From: an uncultured Gemmatimonadales bacterium
GTDB taxonomy: Bacteria > Gemmatimonadota > Gemmatimonadetes > Longimicrobiales > RSA9
Assembly (NCBI GenBank): GCA_963798085.1
Contig: CAWCRS010000005.1
Span: forward strand, 160,001 to 224,000
Length of the DNA stretch: 64,000 nucleotides
Reading direction: 5' to 3'
In this document: in pieces, positions 30,813-39,092 of the stretch
Layout of the letters: every line of letters begins with the position of its first letter
Position numbering within the stretch: position 1 is the first letter of the stretch
Position numbers and translations under genes: made by a program
The notes under the pieces: generated by a model
The model's database searches: none
What the model saw: only the letters and a program-made list of their open reading frames with translations
What the model was told of the DNA's origin: nothing

Positions 30813-30886
30813 GGGGCTGTAGCTCAGCTGGTTAGAGTGCCGGTCTGTCACACCGGAGGTCGCGGGTTCGAGTCCCGTCAGCCCCG
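30813..30886 (+). tRNA. tRNA-Asp (GTC)
   Basis: cloverleaf, loop CTGTCAC. Confidence 0.95.
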
Positions 30887-30957
30887 CTTGAGCCGGATTC
30901 GGTTGCTTGACAATATCGGGTCGGGTCCACGCGGAGCGGGTTGCCGTTCCCGTTTCG

Positions 30958-31030
30958 GGGGCTGTAGCTCAGTTGGGAGAGCGCCTGAATGGCATTCAGG
31001 AGGTCAGGGGTTCGACTCCCCTCAGCTCCA
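30958..31030 (+). tRNA. tRNA-Ala (GGC)
   Basis: cloverleaf, G3:U70, loop ATGGCAT. Confidence 0.95.
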
Positions 31031-31053
31031 TTTCCTCGAGACATTGAGGCGAA

Positions 31054-31137
<84 letters not shown>

Positions 31138-31174
31138 TCAAGCGGCCACAGCCACTGCCGCCGGATCGCTTCCG

Positions 31175-31258
31175 GCCCACGTGCTGGAATTGGCAGACAG
31201 GCTGGTTTGAGGGACCAGTGCCGGAAACGGCGTACAGGTTCGAGTCCTGTCGTGGGCA
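31175..31258 (+). tRNA. tRNA-Leu (GAG)
   Basis: cloverleaf with long variable arm, loop TTGAGGG. Confidence 0.95.
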
Positions 31259-31271
31259 TGGCGCCTTTCAA

Positions 31272-31631
31272 GCCGCAAGCCCGACGCCCGGAGGCGGCGG
31301 GCCCTTACCATGCAGGCGCGATTGTAGCCAGGCGATGAACCGCGCGCCGCAAGCCCGACGCCCGGAGGCGGCGGGCCCTTACCATGCAGGCGCGATTGTA
31401 GCCAGGCGATGAACCGCGCGCCGCAAGCCCGACGCCCGGAGGCGGCGGGCCCTTACCATGCAGGCGCGATTGTAGCCAGGCGATGAACCGCGCGCCGCAA
31501 GCCCGACGCCCGGAGGCGGCGGGCCCACACCATGCAGGCGCGATTGTAGCGCAGGCGATGAACCGCGCGCCGCAAGCCCGACGCCCGGAGGCGGCGGGCC
31601 CACACCATGCAGGCGCGATTGTAGCGCAGGC
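31272..31631 (+). repeat. tandem repeat array 1: about 4.8 copies of a 74/75-bp unit
   Basis: units start at 31272, 31346, 31420, 31494, 31569; unit GCCGCAAGCCCGACGCCCGGAGGCGGCGGGCCCTTACCATGCAGGCGCGATTGTAGCCAGGCGATGAACCGCGC. Confidence 0.97.
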
Positions 31632-31677
31632 ACGCGCGGCTGGAGCACCCGTCGTCGCTTTCCATAACAGCAGGTTA

Positions 31678-31751
31678 GCGCCCGTAGCTCAACTGGATAG
31701 AGCGTTGGACTACGGATCCAAAGGTTGGGGGTTCGACTCCCTCCGGGCGCG
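31678..31751 (+). tRNA. tRNA-Arg (ACG)
   Basis: cloverleaf, loop CTACGGA. Confidence 0.95.
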
Positions 31752-31794
31752 TGCAGTGTCGCGACCAGCGCGGGCTCGCCCCGCGTCGCGAAGA

Positions 31795-31878
31795 GGTGGG
31801 GTACCGAAGCGGCCAAACGGGACAGACTGTAAATCTGTTGGCCCAGCGCCTTCGAAGGTTCGAATCCTTCCCCCACCA
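31795..31878 (+). tRNA. tRNA-Tyr (GTA)
   Basis: cloverleaf with variable arm, loop CTGTAAA. Confidence 0.95.
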
Positions 31879-31909
31879 TTGGGGCGCAGACCGGCCCCGC
31901 GTCCGCTCG

Positions 31910-31983
31910 GGGCGCGTAGCTCAGCTGGTTAGAGCGCTACGTTGACATCGTAGAGGTCAGAGGTTCGAGTCCTCTCGCGCCCA
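31910..31983 (+). tRNA. tRNA-Val (GAC)
   Basis: cloverleaf, loop TTGACAT. Confidence 0.95.
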
Positions 31984-31993
31984 TGCACCATTC

Positions 31994-32066
31994 GGGGCTG
32001 TAGCTCAGCTGGGAGAGCGCCTGGATCGCACCCAGGAGGCCAGGGGTTCGAATCCCCTCAGCTCCA
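31994..32066 (+). tRNA. tRNA-Ala (CGC)
   Basis: cloverleaf, G3:U70, loop ATCGCAC. Confidence 0.95.
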
Positions 32067-32087
32067 TTCGGTCGACAGGGTCACAGT

Positions 32088-32445
32088 AAAGGCCCGCCGC
32101 CTCCGGGCGTCGGGCTCGCGCGGCAGGATATTCACTGTCCTGCGCTGCAATCGCGCTTGTTCGTGAAAGGCCCGCCGCCTCCGGGCGTCGGGCTCGCGCG
32201 GCAGGATATTCACTGTCCTGCGCTGCAATCGCGCTTGTTCGTGAAAGGCCCGCCGCCTCCGGGCGTCGGGCTCGCGCGGCAGGATACTCACTGTCTTGCG
32301 CTGCAATCGCGCTTGTTCGTGAAAGGCCCGCCGCCTCCGGGCGTCGGGCTCGCGCAGCAGGATATTCACTGTCCTGCGCTGCAATCGCGCTTGTTCGTGA
32401 AAGGCCCGCCGCCTCCGGGCGTCGGGCTCGCGCCGGGAAAGGCGC
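32088..32445 (+). repeat. tandem repeat array 2: about 4.4 copies of a 78-bp unit, inverted relative of array 1
   Basis: units start at 32088, 32166, 32244, 32322, 32400; unit AAAGGCCCGCCGCCTCCGGGCGTCGGGCTCGCGCGGCAGGATATTCACTGTCCTGCGCTGCAATCGCGCTTGTTCGTG. Confidence 0.97.
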
Positions 32446-32449
32446 GATG

Positions 32450-32521
32450 GCCACCGTAGCTCAGGGGTAGAGCTCTCGATTCGTAATCGAGCGGTCGTCG
32501 GTTCAAATCCGACCGGTGGCT
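32450..32521 (+). tRNA. tRNA-Thr (CGT)
   Basis: cloverleaf, loop TTCGTAA. Confidence 0.94.
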
Positions 32522-32573
32522 CTGTATCGGCCGCCGCTGCGGCGCGTGGCTGGCGTGCGTGCCGGGCGGCTAC

Positions 32574-32646
32574 GCGGGAGTAGCTCAGTTGGTAGAGCAT
32601 CAGCTTCCCAAGCTGAGGGTCGCGGGTTCGAGCCCCGTCTCCCGCT
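32574..32646 (+). tRNA. tRNA-Gly (CCC)
   Basis: cloverleaf, loop TTCCCAA. Confidence 0.95.
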
Positions 32647-32684
32647 TGGCGGCTGCGCCGGAAGCGCGGGCCGCCGGCAGCACC

Positions 32685-32757
32685 TGCCCCTTGGTGTAAC
32701 TGGCAACACGCCTGACTCTGGATCAGGAAAGTCCTGGTTCGAACCCAGGAGGGGCAA
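32685..32757 (+). tRNA. tRNA-Gln (CTG)
   Basis: cloverleaf, U1-A72, loop CTCTGGA. Confidence 0.94.
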
Positions 32758-32792
32758 TACCGCAGTCCGGTGTGCGGAAGAGGCACGGGCGA

Positions 32793-32878
32793 GGAGAGGT
32801 AGCCAAGTGGTTACGGCAACGGTTTGCTAAACCGTCGGGCTCGCAAGGCTCGCGTGGGTTCGAATCCCACCCTCTCCG
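32793..32878 (+). tRNA. tRNA-Ser (GCT)
   Basis: cloverleaf with long variable arm, loop TTGCTAA. Confidence 0.95.
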
Positions 32879-32991
32879 TTAACACCATGTTGGGCGCGTC
32901 AGGGAGGCCGGAACTCGCGGGCGCCGGACGTCCGGGCGCCACGATCCAGCGCCAGCGTGCCCGCGCTGCACAGCCGCATGCGGCGTACACG

Positions 32992-33077
32992 GGACGGGTG
33001 TCCGAGAGGCTTAAGGAGCACGATTGGAAATCGTGTGGGGTCAAAAGCCCTCGTGGGTTCGAATCCCACCCCGTCCG
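32992..33077 (+). tRNA. tRNA-Ser (GGA)
   Basis: cloverleaf with long variable arm, loop TTGGAAA. Confidence 0.95.
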
Positions 33078-33107
33078 TAACCGCCGTTCGGGACCGATCG
33101 GGAAACT

Positions 33108-33181
33108 CGGGGAGTAGCTCAGCCCGGTAGAGCACTGCGTTCGGGACGCAGGGGTCGCTGGTTCAAATCCAGTCTCCCCGA
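33108..33181 (+). tRNA. tRNA-Pro (CGG)
   Basis: cloverleaf, loop TTCGGGA. Confidence 0.95.
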
Positions 33182-33215
33182 CTGGTTCGTGTAACACATC
33201 GTTAGGAAGCAGTCC

Positions 33216-33299
33216 GGAGGCGTAGTCCTAACTGGTAAGGCACCGCACTCGAAATGCGGCGGGTGTAAGCCCATGGGGGTTCGAATCCCTCCGCCTCCG
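33216..33299 (+). tRNA. tRNA-Ser (CGA)
   Basis: cloverleaf with variable arm, loop CTCGAAA. Confidence 0.92.
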
Positions 33300-33329
33300 C
33301 TCAGGAACCAACAACGAGTTGGACGATCA

Positions 33330-33367
33330 GGCCGGCGAGGCTCACGCAAGCCACGCCGGCCTTTTTT
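33330..33367 (+). terminator. intrinsic terminator closing the tRNA array
   Basis: GGCCGGCGAGGCT / AGCCACGCCGGCC stem followed by TTTTTT. Confidence 0.85.
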
Positions 33368-33757
33368 GTCCTGTTGTGTCGAAACCGGTGTTGTCGATGT
33401 CAGTTCCCCCTGGAAGAACACGCTGCCTCAGCGCAGGCACGCCATGGCCATGACACCCTCCGCGGTGAACCCAGGACCCGTCGCGCTGGCTGATGCTATG
33501 CCATTCCGTCCGCGAGGCCGGCGAGCGCCGACGCTGGCCAACCTGCGTGTCCGCGTCGCGTGACGGCTGCAGCGCGCCTGTCTGTGGATGGCGCGGCAGC
33601 CAGCCGTGTGCGGCCTTCCGCGCCCTGGGCGTTCCGCATCCGGTCCAGGGCGTTCTTGCGGGTTATTACATAAGCCGCTTATATTAGCGGCTCAGGGAAG
33701 GGCGGATACACACACGCACCCACAACGCGACACACCCATCGGAACGCGGACGCGAGC

Positions 33758-34102
33758 ATGACGGCCATCGAATCGGGAACACTGTACGGCACACTCAATC
33801 TGCTGCTGCTGCGGACGCTCGAGGAGGGCGAGCTGCACGGGCTGGACATCCGGCGCCGCATCGAGGGAGCGGCCGGGGCCACGTTCCGCGTGGAAGAAGG
33901 TGCACTCTATCCAGCACTGCACCGGCTGGAGCGGGATGGCCTCGTGTCCTCACGCTGGGGCACATCGGAGCGGCAGCGGCGCGCCAAGTTCTACCAGCTG
34001 ACGGCGGCGGGCCGCAAGCGGTTGAAGCGGGAGCTGGCGGGTTGGAAAGCGCACGTGCGCGCGGTGGCCCGGGTCATCCTGGATCCAGGCGAGGCGCTGT
34101 GA
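33758..34102 (+). CDS. PadR-family transcriptional regulator (ADOP-associated type)
   Basis: GTLNLLLLRTL, LHG, VEEGALYPALHRLE, WGTSE..RRAKFYQLTAAGRK. Confidence 0.93.
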   Translation: MTAIESGTLYGTLNLLLLRTLEEGELHGLDIRRRIEGAAGATFRVEEGALYPALHRLERDGLVSSRWGTSERQRRAKFYQLTAAGRKRLKRELAGWKAHVRAVARVILDPGEAL

Positions 34103-36735
34103 AGCCGCGGCCGGCGTCGGGAGGGGCCGAGGATACGCGCGACGCGCGCGCCATCGAGGAAGAGCTGCGCTTTCACGTGGAAGGCCGCGTCGAGGAATTG
34201 ATGGCCCAGGGTCTGTCGCCGGAGGAAGCGCGGCGTCGCGCGCTGGTGGCGTTCGGCGACGTAGCGCGCGTGCGTGCCGAGTTGCGTGACATCAACGTCG
34301 AGCGACGGCGGCGCGAGCAGCGGCGGCACTGGCTCACGGGCTGGGCGCGCAATGTGCGCACGGGCGCGCGCCGGCTGCGCCAAACACTGGGTTATACGAC
34401 CGTCGCCGTGCTCACGCTGGCGCTGGGGATCGGCGCTTCCGTGGCCATGTTCACGGTGCTCAACGCGGTGGTGCTGCGGCCGCTGCCGTGGGCCGGGTCG
34501 GACCGGCTGGTGCGCATCTGGCCGGTCATGAACTTCAACGTGTCGCTCACCCGCCTGGTTTCGGCGGACCTGCCGCTGGATGCGGCAACTGGGATCGCGC
34601 GCTGGGGGCTGACGCTCACGGGCGATGGCGAGCCGGTAGTGCTGCAGGCGGCGGTCGTGGATGCCGGGTATTTCGACGTGTTCCGCGTGCGGCCCGAACT
34701 GGGCCGCGTGTTCGGGGCCAATGAAACCATGCCGTCGCGCTCCGACGTGGTGCTGCTGAGTCATGCTCTGTGGCGCAGCAGGTATGGCGGCGATCCCGGC
34801 GTGATCGGCCGCCGCATACAGCTCGCTGGCTACAACTCGCACAACACGCGTGTCATCATCGGTGTGCTGCCGGCAGGTCACGAGCCGCCCGGCGAGGATG
34901 CGGACGTCTGGATTCCGCTCGATCTCGCGCCGGGCACCGGGTTCCGGGCGGATGCTTCGTGGTACGTGAATGCCGTGGTGGCCAGGCTGGCGCCGGGTGC
35001 GACCGCGCTCAGTGCGGAAACCCGGCTGCGCGCCGTGACTGCCCGTCTCAAGCGCGAGTATCCCGGACTGATCTCGGACCGCGCCGTGGCCGCGGCCACG
35101 GTTCAGGGTCTGCTCAATGCGGAGGTGGGCGACGTGCGACCCCTGCTCTGGACGCTGCTGGCGGCCGTTGCGCTGGTGCTGCTGATCGCGTGCGGCAATC
35201 TCGCAAACCTGATGTTAGCGCGCAGCGCAGGCCGGCGCCGTCTGCTGGCCGTGCAGGCAGCGCTGGGGGCGAGCCGCTGGCGGCTGGTGCGGGAACAGCT
35301 CCTGGAGAGCAGCCTGGTGGCGTCGCTGGGCGGAGCCCTGGGCTGCGCTCTCGCCGGGCTGCTGCTGCAGGCGGTGCGCGTGGTGGAGACGTCCGGGCTG
35401 CCGCGCGCCACCAACCTTGCCATGGACTGGCGGGTGCTGCTCTTCGCACTGGGTGTGACGGTGACGGCGCTGTTGCTCGCCGGCGTGCTGCCCGCACTGC
35501 GCGCGACGTCGTGGGCGGCGGGCGAGGATTTTAGTGGCGCGCGGGGCGGCAGTCGCAGCCGGGCCGCACATCGCCTGAACCGTACGCTGCTGGCGCTGCA
35601 GCTCGGTATGGCGACAATGCTCTGTACCGCGGCGGCACTGGTCCTGAGCAGTTTCCTGGAACTGCGCGCAGTGGATACCGGGATCGACGCGCATGATGTG
35701 CTTGAGGCCAGGGTCGAGCCGCCCGCCGATCGCTTCACGGAAGACATGATCGCACAATACTACGTCGATCTGCTTGCCCGCATCCGCGCCATTCCCGGCG
35801 TGCGCGCGGCCGGCGCCAGCCAGCTGCTCCTTTTCACAGCCAACAACTGGACCTTCCCGTACCTGGCGGAGGGACACACACCCAAGGGGGATCAGCCGCT
35901 GCCGCACGCCGACTTCCGCATCATAACACCGGGTTATTTCGATGCACTGGACCAGCCGTTGCTGGCGGGGCGGGTGTTCAACGAAGGTGACCGCGATGGC
36001 GCACCCACGGCAATGGTGATCAATCAGGCCATGGCGCAGCTGCTCTGGCCCGGTCAGGATCCGCTGGGTCGTGAGATCAAGGTGTTCGGCAACCAGTCGC
36101 ACCATGTGGTGGGCGTGGTGGGTGACACGCGGCAGCACGAGCTGGAGCACGCGCCCCTGCCCGAGATGTATGTGGCCATGGCGCAGTGGAAACACGCGGG
36201 GGGCATGAACCTGATCGTGGAGGGGACGCGGCCGGAGGCGCTGGCCGGACCGGTGCGGCGGGCAATTCGGGCACTGTCCACCGACGTACCCATCACGGAA
36301 ATGAAGCCGCTGACGGACGTGCTCGAGGAATCGCTCGCGCGGCGGCATTTCGTGCTGCTGGTGGTCACCAGCTTCGGTGTGCTGGCGCTGGTACTCGGCG
36401 GTCTGGGTGTGTACGGCGTGATGTCGCATGTGATCGCGACCCGCATGCCGGATTTCGGGGTGCGACTGGCGCTGGGCGCGCGCCCGCGCAACGTGCTCGG
36501 TCAGGGACTGCGCTCCGGACTGATGCCGGCCCTGCCCGGGCTGGCGGGCGGACTCGTCGGGAATGTGGCCGCGGCCGGCCTGGTGCGACGCCTGCTCTTC
36601 CAGATACCGGCGATCGATCCGCGCGCGTATATCCTGGTCAGCAGTGTGCTGCTCGCCGTGGTGCTGCTGGCGAGCTGGCTGCCTGCTCGCCGTGCGGCGC
36701 GCACGGATCCGCTGCGCGTGCTGCGCGCCGACTAG
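34099..36735 (+). CDS. ADOP-family duplicated MacB/FtsX-like ABC permease
   Basis: EELRFHVE permease prefix, TLALGIGA, VVLRPLP, LLIACGNLANL, RLALGA, WLPARRAARTDP; no ATPase adjacent. Confidence 0.9.
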   Translation: MKPRPASGGAEDTRDARAIEEELRFHVEGRVEELMAQGLSPEEARRRALVAFGDVARVRAELRDINVERRRREQRRHWLTGWARNVRTGARRLRQTLGYTTVAVLTLALGIGASVAMFTVLNAVVLRPLPWAGSDRLVRIWPVMNFNVSLTRLVSADLPLDAATGIARWGLTLTGDGEPVVLQAAVVDAGYFDVFRVRPELGRVFGANETMPSRSDVVLLSHALWRSRYGGDPGVIGRRIQLAGYNSHNTRVIIGVLPAGHEPPGEDADVWIPLDLAPGTGFRADASWYVNAVVARLAPGATALSAETRLRAVTARLKREYPGLISDRAVAAATVQGLLNAEVGDVRPLLWTLLAAVALVLLIACGNLANLMLARSAGRRRLLAVQAALGASRWRLVREQLLESSLVASLGGALGCALAGLLLQAVRVVETSGLPRATNLAMDWRVLLFALGVTVTALLLAGVLPALRATSWAAGEDFSGARGGSRSRAAHRLNRTLLALQLGMATMLCTAAALVLSSFLELRAVDTGIDAHDVLEARVEPPADRFTEDMIAQYYVDLLARIRAIPGVRAAGASQLLLFTANNWTFPYLAEGHTPKGDQPLPHADFRIITPGYFDALDQPLLAGRVFNEGDRDGAPTAMVINQAMAQLLWPGQDPLGREIKVFGNQSHHVVGVVGDTRQHELEHAPLPEMYVAMAQWKHAGGMNLIVEGTRPEALAGPVRRAIRALSTDVPITEMKPLTDVLEESLARRHFVLLVVTSFGVLALVLGGLGVYGVMSHVIATRMPDFGVRLALGARPRNVLGQGLRSGLMPALPGLAGGLVGNVAAAGLVRRLLFQIPAIDPRAYILVSSVLLAVVLLASWLPARRAARTDPLRVLRAD

Positions 36736-36850
36736 GGCACAGACTGCTGCTGCACGGGGGCCCCGGCCACTCGCATGTGACCGGGGCTCCGTTGTCAGCC
36801 GCTGGGGGCGCTCCGACCGGGTCGAGATCGGAAAGCCTGGCCTGGGGCGG

Positions 36851-37948
36851 TCAGCTGCCGCCCTGGGTGTCGAAGTAGTCCGGACCGCCGCAGACCAGCG
36901 TGTGCGACAGTGTGTGCTGATACTGACCGCGCGACACGGTCACGGTAAATGTCGTGTTATACGGTCCCGGCGTGGTTCCCGGATCAATGTCATAGATGCC
37001 TTCGAGCAGATCGTCCCAGTCCGCTGCCGACAGCGACGTGGCCGACGTCTGCCCGTTCAGCCCCCACTTCTTCTTCTGCGCGTCGTACGTCATCCAGCTC
37101 AGCGTGCGGGTGCCGCTCACGAATGTCCACGGCCCGTGATCCGGCGAATTGAGCCACAGCTGCGCGTCGTGGCAGATCACCTGCTTCTTCGGCTGACGCA
37201 CGCCCACGATCTGGCTGACGCCGTCCAGCGAAGGCGCGGGCGGCGGCGGCGAGGCCAGGTGGCAGAGCAGCGTGTGCTGCACCGACGCCTGAGTGTCGCC
37301 GCGCTTCAGGTTGGCCGTGAACGTCGCCTTGTATTCGAGATTCCCGTACGACGGGTAAAGTGCGACAGTCCCGTTCAGCAGCGCGTTCCACACGGTCGCG
37401 CCCAGGCCGACTGTGGCGTTGATGCCATTGGGCACCCATGTCCCGGTGTTGGCGTCGTACACCACGAACTGGTACTGGATGGTGCCGTTGGCGAAGTCCC
37501 AGGTGCCGCCATCGGGTGACGTGAGCCGCAGCTTGAAGCCCTCACAGACGATCTGGTTGATGGGCGAGGTCTTCCGGCCCAGCAGGTCGGTCGGTCCGTC
37601 CAGCGAGGGGGGCGGAGGCGGCAGCACCACCGGTGGCTTGATAACAGGCGGTTCCGTGATCGGCCGCAGCTGGATCGGCGCCTTCAGCACCGGCAGGTAG
37701 ATGGTCGGCTTCGGGTAAATGCCCGCCGGCATCCAGAAGAAGTTGTGCTGCGCGATCTGCTGCGTGTAGATCGGATTTACCGGACAGGGGAAATCGGGGC
37801 AGCCGTACTCGTACAGTGTGCCATCGATCGTCTGCTGCACGGTGTACTGCGTTGTCGGCACCAGTGCGGAAGCCTGTGGCTCCGTCGGATACGACACATC
37901 GGTTCCACAGGCAGCGAGCAACAACACCAACGGCAGAAGTCTGCGCAT
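36851..37948 (-). CDS. hypothetical lipoprotein with two tandem ~120-aa Cys-bracketed domains
   Basis: GGAGG RBS, lipobox LAAC, Pro-rich linkers, internal duplication. Confidence 0.75.
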   Translation of the reverse strand: MRRLLPLVLLLAACGTDVSYPTEPQASALVPTTQYTVQQTIDGTLYEYGCPDFPCPVNPIYTQQIAQHNFFWMPAGIYPKPTIYLPVLKAPIQLRPITEPPVIKPPVVLPPPPPSLDGPTDLLGRKTSPINQIVCEGFKLRLTSPDGGTWDFANGTIQYQFVVYDANTGTWVPNGINATVGLGATVWNALLNGTVALYPSYGNLEYKATFTANLKRGDTQASVQHTLLCHLASPPPPAPSLDGVSQIVGVRQPKKQVICHDAQLWLNSPDHGPWTFVSGTRTLSWMTYDAQKKKWGLNGQTSATSLSAADWDDLLEGIYDIDPGTTPGPYNTTFTVTVSRGQYQHTLSHTLVCGGPDYFDTQGGS

Positions 37949-38542
37949 CTCGTCCTCCGGGGAGGCGGGGGCCGAGAACGCGGACCCCACGCCGGGCCAC
38001 GCGATCGCGAGCGTTTACCGAAGTGCCGAACGCCCGTCGTCGCAACAGTGAGGACCGCATCGGGCAATTCGGAGGCCGCATCGAAATCGGCAGTCGCCCA
38101 CCAGGCCGCATCAGCCCCCGCGTCCCTGCGGATCCTCGCTCCTCCCTGATGCAGAGACGCAGCCGACTTCGATAGACACTGTGTAACCTATTGGCTGACA
38201 GCCACTTGAGGTTGTGGATGACGACGCCGATCCGGCTCTTCTCCTGTCGAGGTCAACCCACAACTGAAGCCAGGGCGCAACCGGGTCCCGTGCCGGCGCG
38301 TCGTTCGGGTGTCACATTTCGATGCGCCGCGCGCAGTTATCCTTGCAGCAGATTAGCAGCGCGGGTCGCGGGCAGGATGTCACGTACGCATGCGGCGGAA
38401 CTGCATTTGGCGCGTTCCTGCGGGGCGCGCCTACTGTGAGCCAGTGCGTGCGGGGCATGCGATCGGCGCCGTGCGCCAGCGCACACCAACACATCTGAAA
38501 CAGCGGCGCTGCCAGGTGTGGCCGCGGCCGGGGGAGGCGAGC

Positions 38543-38986
38543 ATGCTCAAGGAGTTCCGGGAATTTGCGCTGAAGGGAAACGTGCTGGACATCGCCGTCG
38601 GGATCATCATCGGCGCAGCATTCGGCAGCATCGTCACGTCGCTCGTGAACGACGTCATCATGCCGCCCATTGGCCTGGTGGCGGGTGGCGTCGACTTCTC
38701 GGACAAGTTCCTGCTGCTCAAGGAGGGGACGGCGCCCGGGCCGTATGCGACACTGGCAGCTGCGAAGGGAGCGGGCGCCGTGACGGTGAACTGGGGCGTC
38801 TTCATCAATTCGGTGATTTCGTTCCTGATCGTCGCCTTTGCGGTGTTCATGGTGGTGCGCAGCTTCAACCGGCTGCGGACGCAGTTCGACCGGCAGAAGG
38901 CAGCTGAACCGGGTCCGCCGCCGGCGCCGCCTCGCGAGGAAGTGCTGTTGACCGAGATCCGCGATCTCCTGAAGGCTCGGTCCTGA
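38543..38986 (+). CDS. mscL: large-conductance mechanosensitive channel
   Basis: [38 protein letters not shown]. Confidence 0.97.
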   Translation: MLKEFREFALKGNVLDIAVGIIIGAAFGSIVTSLVNDVIMPPIGLVAGGVDFSDKFLLLKEGTAPGPYATLAAAKGAGAVTVNWGVFINSVISFLIVAFAVFMVVRSFNRLRTQFDRQKAAEPGPPPAPPREEVLLTEIRDLLKARS

Positions 38987-39092
38987 TCGGCGCGGGCGGC
39001 TGCGGCTGGGCCAGGGCGATCCCGCGTGTGCGCCCCGGGCTCGCGCGCTGCGCGCGCTCACGCGTGGCTTGAGCGCGCCGCCCGCGAGGCCG

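Noticed and set aside
31272..32445. Tandem arrays as CRISPR arrays
   Set aside because: Units are near-identical along their whole length with no unique spacers, and no cas genes are in the window
32005..32786. Repetitive ORFs over array 2 (26-aa periodic peptides) and other ORFs across 29.5-33.5 kb
   Set aside because: They arise because the 78-bp period is divisible by 3; they overlap tRNA genes and lack convincing start signals
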